Positions 1 through 8,511 of a stretch of DNA of 64,000 nt are shown here, in pieces; positions within the stretch are counted from its first letter, which is position 1; the number at the start of each line of letters is the position of its first letter. The position numbers and the translations under genes were made by a program. The notes beneath the pieces were generated by a model. It ran no database searches. It worked only from the letters and a program-made list of their open reading frames with translations, and had not been told where the DNA came from. The stretch comes from Bdellovibrionales bacterium (GTDB lineage: Bacteria; Bdellovibrionota; Bdellovibrionia; Bdellovibrionales; UBA1609), in assembly GCA_965116175.1 (NCBI GenBank), contig OZ220490.1:888570-952569 (forward strand), written 5' to 3'.

Positions 1-1
1 A

Positions 2-325
2 AAGCCCTTTTGCTACTTATGCTATAGGGAAGTTAAAACAAGCCACTGTCTAAAATGCGGGACAGATGAGTTCATGCGTCTTATGGAAGGTGTCGGGGTA
101 GAATATGGAACGGAATGGGTCATTGAAGAAATCCTAAGACAGCACCTTGAGCCTGTCAATCAGGAAGAAGCTTTTGAATCCATGATTGAAGACTGCTACC
201 TAATGGAGACAAAAGTCGGCTGGTTGGATCTGAATACAGCGGATGTTCTCAAAACAATGGATGAAGTGTCTTGGGGTATGGCAAAGGATGAGTATATTTC
301 TGGTCTTGAAGAGGACGAGCTTTGA
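2..325 (+). CDS. hypothetical protein, 5'-partial, with a zinc-ribbon-like CxxC...CxxC motif and an acidic C-terminus
   Basis: Track ORF 74..325 is in frame with an uninterrupted frame from nt 2 (KPFCYLCYREVKTSHCLKCGTDEF-MRLMEG...). The gene therefore probably begins upstream of the window. No family recognised. Confidence 0.45.
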   Translation, partial: KPFCYLCYREVKTSHCLKCGTDEFMRLMEGVGVEYGTEWVIEEILRQHLEPVNQEEAFESMIEDCYLMETKVGWLDLNTADVLKTMDEVSWGMAKDEYISGLEEDEL

Positions 326-470
326 CAATGGCTCAAGGTATTATTGGACAAATGACATTGAAGAGCTTTTAGAGGAAAAGCTTAAGAAAAAAGCTTCTTA
401 ACCATTTTCTTTCTAAAAAACATTTAAAGAGGCCCCTAAAAGGAGCTTCTTTAGTATGTTGGAAAAAAAT

Positions 471-502
471 TTCAGGTCAGCCCTAACAAGGACTGACCTG
501 AA
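471..502 (-). terminator. rho-independent terminator candidate between convergent genes
   Basis: Perfect 10-bp stem TTCAGGTCAG/CTGACCTGAA with a 12-nt loop. On the minus strand it is followed by a T-run (A-run 463-469 on plus). It lies about 80 nt downstream of the stop of the 581..1048 gene. Confidence 0.5.
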
Positions 503-580
503 AAGTTATAAGGGACGATAATTTAATCTATACTGTGGAGACAGCCTCTAATACACATTTTTAAATGTATAAACGAGGAT

Positions 581-1048
581 TTATTTATAATATATATAAT
601 AGCCTGTTTTTCTTAAAGGAGTATCATCAGAGCAATGGGCAACCCTATGAGTTAATTCATATTGTTTTAATCTTCCTCCCTCTGCGCCATGACGGTGTTC
701 TTTCAAACAATAGGGACAAGCAAAGATTAGCTGATTTTCCTTACCATTTTTTGCACACAAAAAAACCGGGATTTTTTTATTTTTAGCATCTTGCATTTGG
801 CGTTCAAATTTTTTTCTAGCAAAAGCTTTAGTGTTTGTAATAGTATCTCCTTGACTAAGACCTTTTTCATATTTTTTCCAAGCTTTTTCTAATAAACCAT
901 AATCACAAGGAACATAAGAGATTAATTCCTCAAATGAGGAGATATTAGGAAAACTTGTATCTTGCTGAGCATCTTTTATAAAATCTCCAAAAGGAGTATT
1001 TGAGGCACGCCGGGAATCAATCCATTCTCTAAAAGTAATATTATTCAT
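581..1048 (-). CDS. YozE/SAM-like domain protein with a C-terminal Cys/His cluster
   Basis: The N-terminus FREWIDSRRASNTPFGDFIKDAQQDTSFPNISSFEELISYV...AWKKYEK resembles the YozE_SAM_like family. The C-terminus has CPYC..HRHG...HRVAHC, a putative metal site. Function unknown; phage or mobile-element flavour. Confidence 0.5.
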   Translation of the reverse strand: MNNITFREWIDSRRASNTPFGDFIKDAQQDTSFPNISSFEELISYVPCDYGLLEKAWKKYEKGLSQGDTITNTKAFARKKFERQMQDAKNKKIPVFLCAKNGKENQLIFACPYCLKEHRHGAEGGRLKQYELTHRVAHCSDDTPLRKTGYYIYYK

Positions 1049-1290
1049 AACTTCCAGTATGCTAATTTAATATGTTAATTTTGTCAATAGATGAAAGATA
1101 TAACACATTGTCCACATTCGGTTTGATTTTTTGAAAAATTTAACCTCATCTCAATTACCCGGCTTGATAATATAATTTACAGGTTTCGACATATAAACAC
1201 TTTATTATTGGACTTTATTAAAAATATCTCTTCCAAATGAGCTATACCTCTTGAAAATCGTGTAAAATTTTCATGAAATAGGAAAAAATC

Positions 1291-1722
1291 TTGATAAAAT
1301 CAGGTTTTAGTTATTTTATGAATGAGCCTTTTTCAGAGATTTTAAGGGCATACCTTGCCGAAGAGCAAAATAAAAATCCCTCTGTCAGTGAAACAGCTAT
1401 TTCCAAGAAAATGAACATTCCCCCGACAACGCTTAACCGGCTGGCCAACGGCCATTCCAAACTGCTTGTCTTTATCCCTCAACTCAAGAAAAGCCTCCCA
1501 AAGGAAATTTCTCAAATTCTGAAAGTCGCTTTGGAAAGGGAAGAGGAGTATATAGAAGATACTTTATCAACTTTATTGTCTGATAAGCATATCTTCTTAT
1601 GCTGGTGCTTGGCTTTTTCTGAGCAGGGAGCGACAAAAAAGGAAATAGAGAAAAACTTTGGCTGGAAGGGGCTTTTAGCCCTTAAAAAACTTGTGAGTAA
1701 ATATAGGTTCAAGACAACTTAA
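1291..1722 (+). CDS. HTH (XRE-like) domain protein, 3' end probably replaced by the IS1595 end
   Basis: TTG start in the track. MNIPPTTLNRLANGHSK looks like helix-turn-helix. The last codons (RFKTT*) are read from the IS terminal repeat that begins at 1706. Confidence 0.4.
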   Translation: MIKSGFSYFMNEPFSEILRAYLAEEQNKNPSVSETAISKKMNIPPTTLNRLANGHSKLLVFIPQLKKSLPKEISQILKVALEREEEYIEDTLSTLLSDKHIFLCWCLAFSEQGATKKEIEKNFGWKGLLALKKLVSKYRFKTT

Positions 1723-2130
1723 GAGGTTTATTTCTGATGATTTTTAATAATAACAAATATAAATTATCCTGTCTATGATTAAATCTAAATTCACATTCCT
1801 TTAAGTGTAAATAAAAAGTTTTTTTATCCATACCTCTAAACTTATAAAGCCTCACTTTAGCTATACCCCAAAAGTTCTCTATACCATTTATGTGGTTCTT
1901 TATCCTCCCCTTTTTCTTAGAAAATTCATCTCTTCCATGATGAACTCTATAATGCTTTTTATAACCTAAATCTATTAAACTATCGTAGGTCTTAAATCCA
2001 TCTGTAAAGACTCTTGTTCTTTTACTAATCTTCGAAGTTATCAGAGGCAAAATCTCTTGTCTTGAACAATTTTTAATGACTTGAGTATAGACTTGACCTT
2101 TTCTTTTTTTTAAGCCAAAAATAAGCTTAA
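1706..2130 (-). mobile_element. IS1595-family (IS1016-like) insertion sequence remnant, with the 5' half of the transposase missing
   Basis: Track ORF 1709..2050 reads FTDGFKTYDSLIDLGYKKHYRVHHG...INGIENFWGIAKVRLYKFRGM...LHLKECEFRFNHR, the ISXO2-like DDE domain. The frame continues upstream without a start (GLKKRKGQVYTQVIKNCSRQEILPL). The terminal repeat GGTTCAAGACAACTTAAG is at 1706. No second end was found. Confidence 0.75.
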
Positions 2131-2301
2131 TAAATTCCCATAGACAAGCCCGCGGCTCTTACCGCTACAGATTTTTCCAAAGATGATCTGAATGCTATGG
2201 ATTCAGAAAAACTCATTCACCCACAGCTAAACCATGGCGATTTGCCTGACGACCGTATAGACTATTTGTAATTATCACAAATTTCGTTTAAACAGAACTC
2301 T

Positions 2302-2829
2302 ATGAAATCAGAGTTGAAAGTTGATTTAAAAACTCTCCCCCACAAAGGTTTGGATTTCTTTTATGATCAAAACTCAGGAGAGCTTACCAAAAAGCTTAAA
2401 CCTCTTATTGGAGAAAATGACTATAGAATTAAAGTGTATATCTTCGCTGAAGGCCGTTCCTCTTATTGCATTACAGGAAAAATTCAAACCTCTATAAATC
2501 TTTTATGCTCCAGATGCGCCTATGAATTTAAAGAACCTGTAAACAAAAAGTTTAGGGAAAAAATCATCCTGCAAAAAAAACGGATGCGAATAGACAAAGA
2601 AGTCAGGAATAATCACTTTTCAGAGCTTATGAGCAAAGAGGACTTTACTCTTATAGATAATACGGTTTTTGATATAGGTGATTTTTTATATGAGCTGATA
2701 GCCATAGAAGAGCCAATAAGGCCTCTTGGCTATAAAGACTGTGATAATGACAGCTTTCATTGCAAAAATCTGGAAAGCATGAAATTAAAAATCAAACAAA
2801 AAGGGAATGGCCAGATCTTTTTTGCCTAA
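2302..2829 (+). CDS. yceD: YceD/DUF177 family protein
   Basis: Size and the CSRC...FKE...DIGDFLYELIAIEEPIRPL pattern are typical of DUF177. Confidence 0.65.
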   Translation: MKSELKVDLKTLPHKGLDFFYDQNSGELTKKLKPLIGENDYRIKVYIFAEGRSSYCITGKIQTSINLLCSRCAYEFKEPVNKKFREKIILQKKRMRIDKEVRNNHFSELMSKEDFTLIDNTVFDIGDFLYELIAIEEPIRPLGYKDCDNDSFHCKNLESMKLKIKQKGNGQIFFA

Positions 2830-2838
2830 TATACAAAA

Positions 2839-3696
2839 TTATGTCTGTGAAAGAGGATGAAATTCATCTATAGCTTTTTTAAGTTTGTCTGAACTGACAG
2901 AGGTGTAAATTTGAGTTGTCTGAATGCTGAGATGTCCTAAAAGTTTTTGGATTGTTCTTAAATCCGCACCTTTTTCCAATAAGCCTGTAGCGCAGCCATG
3001 ACGAAAGGAATGAGGGTTTTTTACATCATCAAAACCAGCTCTTAAGGACCAGGCTTTAAGCCACCTCCATATATCCACCCTTGAGGGGCGGCGCCCTCTA
3101 TTATTAAAAAATAAAGAAGGGCTATCCTTTTTACCAATAAGGAGGCGGGATTCATTTAAATAAACAACAAGAAGATTATAGAGGTCTTTAGCTAAAGGGA
3201 GCAGCCTTTGCTTATTGCCTTTGCCTACAACACTGATCCAGGCCTCTGTTTCATTAAAATCCTGAATATCAAGGTTTACAAGCTCACTCACACGGCAACC
3301 TAAACCATATAAAAACGCTAAAATTAATTTGTTTCTAAGAGACAGGCTTGCTATCTCTTCCTCACAAGCCTTCCATAGATTTTTAAACTCCTTTAAATTA
3401 ATAGGTTTAGGAAGTTTATTTTTTAATTTTGGAAGCTTCAAATGTTTTATATCCAATACAGTATGTCCCCTCACCTGTAAAAATTTTAGATAAGTCCTGA
3501 CACAACTTATAATGCGGGCCTGAGAGCGGGGGCTTAATTTTTTTTGTGTTAAAAAATAATAAAACTGCTGGATAGGCTGGCCCGTTTTGCAAAAATCTTT
3601 GTAACAAGCAAGATCTCTTTTATAAGATGACAAGGTATTTGCAGAGTAACTTCTGTTAAAACTCAGCTCTCTTAAAAAATCTTCATATAAAAGCAT
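2839..3696 (-). CDS. xerD: site-specific tyrosine recombinase, XerD/XerC type
   Basis: N-terminal SAM-like domain (NTLSSYKRDL..F) and a C-terminal catalytic region (GCRVSELVNL, HSFRHGCATGLLEKGADLRTIQKLLGHLSIQTTQIYT). XerC and XerD cannot be separated by eye. Confidence 0.85.
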   Translation of the reverse strand: MLLYEDFLRELSFNRSYSANTLSSYKRDLACYKDFCKTGQPIQQFYYFLTQKKLSPRSQARIISCVRTYLKFLQVRGHTVLDIKHLKLPKLKNKLPKPINLKEFKNLWKACEEEIASLSLRNKLILAFLYGLGCRVSELVNLDIQDFNETEAWISVVGKGNKQRLLPLAKDLYNLLVVYLNESRLLIGKKDSPSLFFNNRGRRPSRVDIWRWLKAWSLRAGFDDVKNPHSFRHGCATGLLEKGADLRTIQKLLGHLSIQTTQIYTSVSSDKLKKAIDEFHPLSQT

Positions 3697-3740
3697 ATTA
3701 GGTCTGGGATTTTTTTTGAAAAATCAAATACCTGTAAAAG

Positions 3741-4334
3741 TTAAGGACAGGAAAAGCTAATAACACAAGAGGTCTGATAAGCTGAAGAGTTTATCATTCG
3801 GCCATAAAACTTTTGACCATTATCATAAATTTGCAACTCCCCTCCAAGAAAACGAGTCGCTCCACTGTAATGAGGTATAGCCGCCGTATGAGGGTATACC
3901 TGAGTTTGGGGAAGAGAAGTCACAGAGTTGTTAGGGCATGAGGCGCGAGGCACCTCTAAAGAAAAGCCGCCAAAAACAACAGTTCCTGATTGGCAAACAA
4001 GAGTTCTATTACCGACAAGAACCTGAGCTGAACAGCAGAAAGAAGCTGAACCTTGATAACAGGGAGAGGCATTTTTTACTGTTCCATTAATAATAACAGA
4101 TTCCCCTTCAACCAAATTCTGAGTCAATGCATTTGCCGAAGATTGTAATTTCTGCCTTGAAACATGGACAACAGCATTAGGGCATCTTTTTGACATAACG
4201 AGCTGTCTGCCATGTTCACTGCCAGTCACTGCATTATCCGAAAGCTTTTTTTTCTTACCACATGAAGAAAATAACAAAGATAAACAGACAACTAAAAGAA
4301 TTTTAGTAAAATTAAGGTTTTTCACTGCTTCCAA
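3741..4334 (-). CDS. Cys-rich lipoprotein, unknown function
   Basis: Lipobox LLFSSC at the N-terminus and about 12 cysteines. It overlaps the upstream ORF by 23 nt, which suggests an operon. Confidence 0.45.
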   Translation of the reverse strand: MEAVKNLNFTKILLVVCLSLLFSSCGKKKKLSDNAVTGSEHGRQLVMSKRCPNAVVHVSRQKLQSSANALTQNLVEGESVIINGTVKNASPCYQGSASFCCSAQVLVGNRTLVCQSGTVVFGGFSLEVPRASCPNNSVTSLPQTQVYPHTAAIPHYSGATRFLGGELQIYDNGQKFYGRMINSSAYQTSCVISFSCP

Positions 4335-5265
4335 GATTAAAAGCCCCCCTTATTTTAAGACCAAAAAATTTACCCATTAGACTGTAACAAGGCAAGCTTG
4401 CCTTCTTAATATCAATAGCTGGCGCTTTAAAACTATGTGTTCCTTCAGCAATCCCTCCCGGCAAACAGCTCCAGGGTCCTGTTCCTAACAGCCAGCATCT
4501 CGTCCTCTTTGGCGGTTTCCGAGAGATATTTCTCATATAGGCTCCACTAGAATAACATTTATCATTTTTACCGCCTGTTTCACTGTGGCGAAACATTTTA
4601 TAATACAAATCCCCATAACCCAGATGAACTGTCTCCCCATCTTTTAAATCATGCTCCTTTATCGTTTTTAATTGCAAGATAACAGCCATATCATTATTTT
4701 CAAAAATGGCATAAAACTTTCTTTTCGTCAAATCGGTGCCTGCTGTCCATTGATTATACTTATTTTCTTCTGATGTAGAGCCTGTTCTAAGAGCGCTGCT
4801 CTCTTTAACTATAATAGCTAAACCACCATCTGGATGGGCATCTTCATAACTAAAAGTAAGAGAGCCTTTATAAAGCTTTGTCCCTTGCCGGTTCATATCC
4901 AAATACATCCGGGCGCATTTTGGCCCAAGGTTTGTTCGTTTTCCAAAAAGATACTCATTAAAAGCCGAACTATCAAAATCAAAAACAGCCCTTTCTCCAA
5001 GACCTGAAGTTGCTGTTTTATATACACTCCCAGGGGCGCAGCTTTCTCTTTCAAAATCCTCTGAATCCCTATATGAAACGGGATCATCTTCACCATAGTT
5101 TGCAGGATATAAGTTATCACCCCCACCAATATTTCTATCACCGCCAGGGACAGAAATAACTCTATCGGGATCCTCTGTGACCTGTGTTGCGCACTGATAC
5201 CCCCCAAGCGCAATAATCACAAATGAAAACGACATAAAAAACGCAGTTAAAACTTTTTTAGACAT
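4312..5265 (-). CDS. secreted hypothetical protein
   Basis: N-terminal signal-like hydrophobic segment. No family recognised. Confidence 0.45.
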   Translation of the reverse strand: MSKKVLTAFFMSFSFVIIALGGYQCATQVTEDPDRVISVPGGDRNIGGGDNLYPANYGEDDPVSYRDSEDFERESCAPGSVYKTATSGLGERAVFDFDSSAFNEYLFGKRTNLGPKCARMYLDMNRQGTKLYKGSLTFSYEDAHPDGGLAIIVKESSALRTGSTSEENKYNQWTAGTDLTKRKFYAIFENNDMAVILQLKTIKEHDLKDGETVHLGYGDLYYKMFRHSETGGKNDKCYSSGAYMRNISRKPPKRTRCWLLGTGPWSCLPGGIAEGTHSFKAPAIDIKKASLPCYSLMGKFFGLKIRGAFNLGSSEKP

Positions 5266-5585
5266 AAAGCTTTCTAAAAGTTTAACAAACAGAAAAGAGG
5301 AAATCCAAATTTATTAGAAAAAACAATTAATCAAGGGATTAAAGTCTAGCTTCATACCTGTTTTTATATAAAAAACTTAAATTTTGATTTAAAGCTTTGT
5401 CTATAAAAATAGCAGTTTCTTTAAGATTTTTATTAAATTTCTTTTACAGGTTTCAAAAGAAGACTAACAATGAATCCTACTCCTGTTAATAATGATATAA
5501 CAGCAGCAACAGTACTTAAAGGCACACTAACTTCCATATACATATAATATCAAACAAAACTCAAGATTTTACTTTATAAATATAG

Positions 5586-5649
5586 TGATCCTGTTTGAAT
5601 TTTGAGGGTTTTATAAAAGTGAAACAAATTAAAATTCAAATCCAATCAG
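5586..5649. repeat. REP-like imperfect palindrome, an 'empty' member of the inverted-repeat family that flanks the hairpin modules at 8.3 kb and 53.4 kb
   Basis: The left half is GTGATCCTGTTTGAATTTTGAGGGTTTTAT. The reverse complement of the right half is CTGATTGGATTTGAATTTTAATTTG. The element lies directly downstream of the purA stop and is followed by CAGTATAAA, as at 53595. Confidence 0.55.
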
Positions 5650-5661
5650 TATAAAACATGA

Positions 5662-6963
5662 CTAAAACAAAGGTTCAAAGCAAAGTGTTTGTGATCGGGA
5701 GGGTCCAACAGAGATGGTATCAATAGGAATATTCAATTCTTTACTAATGAAATTAATGTATTCCAAAGCTGAATGAGGAAGGTCCTCTTTTGATTTTATT
5801 AAGCTTAAATCCTGATTCCAGGAGGCAAAAGACTTATAAACAGGTTGAATTTTTTTTAAGTCTTTCAAATGGGTTGGAAAACCCTCTACAGGTTTCTCAT
5901 TGATTTTATAAGCCACACAAACTTTAATTTTTTTCAAACCGCTTAAAACATCCAGTTTCATTAAAGCCAAACTGCCAGCCCCATTTAAGCGAACAGCATA
6001 TTTAAGGGCTGGTATATCCAGCCAGCCACAGCGTCTCCGCCTGCCAGTCGTGGAGCCAAACTCCCCACCCTTCCTTTGAAGATGGAGTCCTGAGGGTGAA
6101 TCACTGCACTCTGTGGGAAAAGGCCCAGGCCCCACTCTTGTTGTGTAAGCCTTTGCTACAAGGACAGTTTTTACAAAATGATTAAAACCAAGGCCAGAGC
6201 CTGTTAAGGCTCCTCCAGCCAAAGTTGAAGAGCTTGTCACATAAGGGTAAGTGCCATAAAGTCGATCCAACAAGCTGCCCTGGGCTCCTTCAAAAAGAAC
6301 ATTTTTGCCTTGGTTAAGAGAGTTATAAAGATATAAAGGCATGTCCTTGCATCTGTATATCTTTAAAGTATTACGGCATTTTTTAATCTGTTCAAAGCTA
6401 TTCTCTATTGATACAGGGGTTTTATTGTAAAGTTTTGATAAAATTATATTTGTTTCCTGAACCTGATTCTTCAACTTTTCAAGCAAAGAGGAGTCCTTCT
6501 CTTCAAAAAGGTCAGAAAATGTAAGAGCTTTACGGGCTGCCCGACATTCATAAGCAGGGCCTATCCCCCGTCCTGTAGTTCCAATTTTTTCATGTTCTGC
6601 CCGCTCTTCACGAGCTTGATCCAATTGCTTATGGTGATCCAACAATAAAGTTGCAGAATCAGAAATAAGAAGCTGATCACTGTTTTTTAACTTATCTATC
6701 TTTTGAAGCTTTTGAATCTCCTCACAAAGGGCCGAGATATCCAAAGCTACCCCTCCAGTAATGAGACATTTGACTTGAGGATGAAAAACAGCAGAGGGAA
6801 TCAAGTGGACAATCAGTTTTTCACCCTTGACTTCCAAGGTATGACCGGCATTGGCCCCACCCTGATAGCGAACAACCATATCAGCCTGTGAAGAAAAGAA
6901 ATCAATCAATTTCCCTTTTCCTTCATCCCCCCATTGGGCGCCAATTAAAACAACAGCAGGCAT
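5662..6963 (-). CDS. purA: adenylosuccinate synthetase
   Basis: GAQWGDEGKGK P-loop, GTTGRGIGPAY and the overall 433-aa architecture. Confidence 0.95.
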   Translation of the reverse strand: MPAVVLIGAQWGDEGKGKLIDFFSSQADMVVRYQGGANAGHTLEVKGEKLIVHLIPSAVFHPQVKCLITGGVALDISALCEEIQKLQKIDKLKNSDQLLISDSATLLLDHHKQLDQAREERAEHEKIGTTGRGIGPAYECRAARKALTFSDLFEEKDSSLLEKLKNQVQETNIILSKLYNKTPVSIENSFEQIKKCRNTLKIYRCKDMPLYLYNSLNQGKNVLFEGAQGSLLDRLYGTYPYVTSSSTLAGGALTGSGLGFNHFVKTVLVAKAYTTRVGPGPFPTECSDSPSGLHLQRKGGEFGSTTGRRRRCGWLDIPALKYAVRLNGAGSLALMKLDVLSGLKKIKVCVAYKINEKPVEGFPTHLKDLKKIQPVYKSFASWNQDLSLIKSKEDLPHSALEYINFISKELNIPIDTISVGPSRSQTLCFEPLF

Positions 6964-7089
6964 AATCCTCCCAGTAAGGAAATGTCTCTAAAAAAAGAAA
7001 AACTTGCAATAAAAAACTGATGTTTCTTAACAATAAAAAAAGATTGAGCTTAATATTGAAAAAAGTGAATTTTTAGATTAAGTCTATCA

Positions 7090-8022
7090 ATGAAAAAATT
7101 AAATATGACTGAAAATGTAAAAAAGATTCTCAAAAATTACAGCGGGGATAATCCTGGCACAATTTCCAACCTGGCTAGAATGATGGAGCATGGCTGCTTG
7201 GGAGGAACAGGAAAAATGGTGATTTTTCCTGTAGACCAGGGGTTTGAACATGGACCTGCAGCCAGTTTTGCTTTGAATCCTCCAGCCTATGATCCTTCTT
7301 ATCACTTTCAACTCGCTATAGAAGCTGGCTGTAATGCCTATGCCGCCCCTTTTGGTTTTTTAGATTCCTGCGCCAGAGAATTTGCAGGTCAAATTCCTCT
7401 TATACTGAAAGTTAACAATTCAGACAGCTTATACAAAGATCCAAAAAAACCTCTGCCTGCTATCACTTCAGGTGTAGAGGAGGCTTTAAGACTGGGCTGT
7501 TCTGCCATAGGTTTTACAATTTATCCAGGGAGCGAGGACAGAGTTTCAATGTATGAATCTGTCATTAAACTTGGCAGAGAAGCTAGAAAAGCAGGTTTAG
7601 CCCTTGTCATTTGGTCATACCCCAGAGGAGGAGAACTTTCTAAAAAAGGGGAAACAGCCCTTGATGTTGTAGCCTATGCCGCGCAAATTGCCTGTCAACT
7701 GGGAGCGCATATTGTAAAGGTCAAACCTCCTGAAAGTTTTTTTGAGAAACAGGAAAAAGTTTACCAATCGTCTCAAATTCCCTCTAAACAACTCAATGAA
7801 AGAGTGGCTCATGTGATTCAATCTGCCTTTAATGGAAAACGTATTGTGATTTTCAGTGGAGGGCCTTCAAAAGGGGAAAAAGAGCTTTTAAATGAAATTG
7901 AGCTTTTAGCCAAAGGGGGAGCCTTTGGCAGTATTGTGGGGCGGAATGTATTTCAGCGCCCTAAGTCTTCGGCCTTAAATCTTTTAAAGCAAATTATGGC
8001 TATTTATAAACAGTTTATCTAA
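7090..8022 (+). CDS. fbaB: class I fructose-bisphosphate aldolase, FbaB/DhnA type
   Basis: Collinear with E. coli FbaB as I recall it: GTGKMVIFPVDQGFEHGPAASFA.NP..YDP...LAIEAGCN, IGFTIYPGSE and GAHIVKVK (Schiff-base Lys region). Confidence 0.8.
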   Translation: MKKLNMTENVKKILKNYSGDNPGTISNLARMMEHGCLGGTGKMVIFPVDQGFEHGPAASFALNPPAYDPSYHFQLAIEAGCNAYAAPFGFLDSCAREFAGQIPLILKVNNSDSLYKDPKKPLPAITSGVEEALRLGCSAIGFTIYPGSEDRVSMYESVIKLGREARKAGLALVIWSYPRGGELSKKGETALDVVAYAAQIACQLGAHIVKVKPPESFFEKQEKVYQSSQIPSKQLNERVAHVIQSAFNGKRIVIFSGGPSKGEKELLNEIELLAKGGAFGSIVGRNVFQRPKSSALNLLKQIMAIYKQFI

Positions 8023-8213
8023 TTTTTCTAAAAAAGCAGCTATATATTTAATTTTACTTATTTTTTATAATTATATTTAAGCATTTATGTAGAATCTGTT
8101 TCATAATACAATCTTTGTTTACAAATAGGTTATAAAACAAGTGTAAGGCTTTGCTTCGTAATACTGGAAACAACTTCTAGTATTTGTATTTATGAAATTA
8201 CATATTCAACGGA

Positions 8214-8426
8214 CTGATTCTGTTTGAAATTTGAGGGCTTTTATTGAGCAAAGATCAAACCTCCATTAGAGTAAGAAGGTCAAAAGTGAGTTCGGCTTTG
8301 AACACAAAGCGGCTGAAAGGCGCCTTGTGGCAAAACGTATGTCTGAACTTTTGACCTTCTTACTCTAATGGAGGTAGTGATATGCTTTTTCATTTTTAAA
8401 AGTCTTCAAATTTTAAATAGAATCAA
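8214..8426 (+). repeat. composite palindromic element A: REP-like outer inverted repeats enclosing the 115-nt hairpin module
   Basis: The outer left arm is CTGATTCTGTTTGAAATTTGAGGGCTTTTAT (8214-8243). The reverse complement of the outer right arm is GATTCTATTTAAAATTTGAAGACTTTTAA (about 8396-8426). Confidence 0.6.
8260..8374 (+). ncRNA. candidate structured RNA or hairpin module, copy A (unknown family)
   Basis: A 28-bp perfect Watson-Crick stem (CCTCCATTAGAGTAAGAAGGTCAAAAGT / ACTTTTGACCTTCTTACTCTAATGGAGG) encloses a 59-nt core. The core is shared with copy B: GAGTTCGGCTTTGA, a variable helix capped by CTGAAAG, then GGCAAAACGTATGTCTGAAC. Confidence 0.45.
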
Positions 8427-8511
8427 TATAACATATCATTTATTATAACAACTGGACACTAGACTTGAATATGGATGAAGTTTTGAACAAGATAAAGTAT
8501 AAAAGCAAAAT

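Noticed and set aside
565-786. 73-aa plus-strand ORF
   Set aside because: It lies entirely antisense to the better-supported 581..1048 gene. It has low-complexity composition and no recognisable motif.
8288-8346. Core of the hairpin module as group II intron domain V, SRP RNA domain IV or a tRNA-like T-arm
   Set aside because: There are superficial resemblances (GAGUUCGG...ACGUAUGUCUGAAC against D5 GAGCCGUAU...ACGUACGGUUC; GUUCGG). However, the length, the absence of the AGC triad or GNRA-loop geometry, the lack of any intron ORF or other intron domains, and the presence of two copies do not fit.
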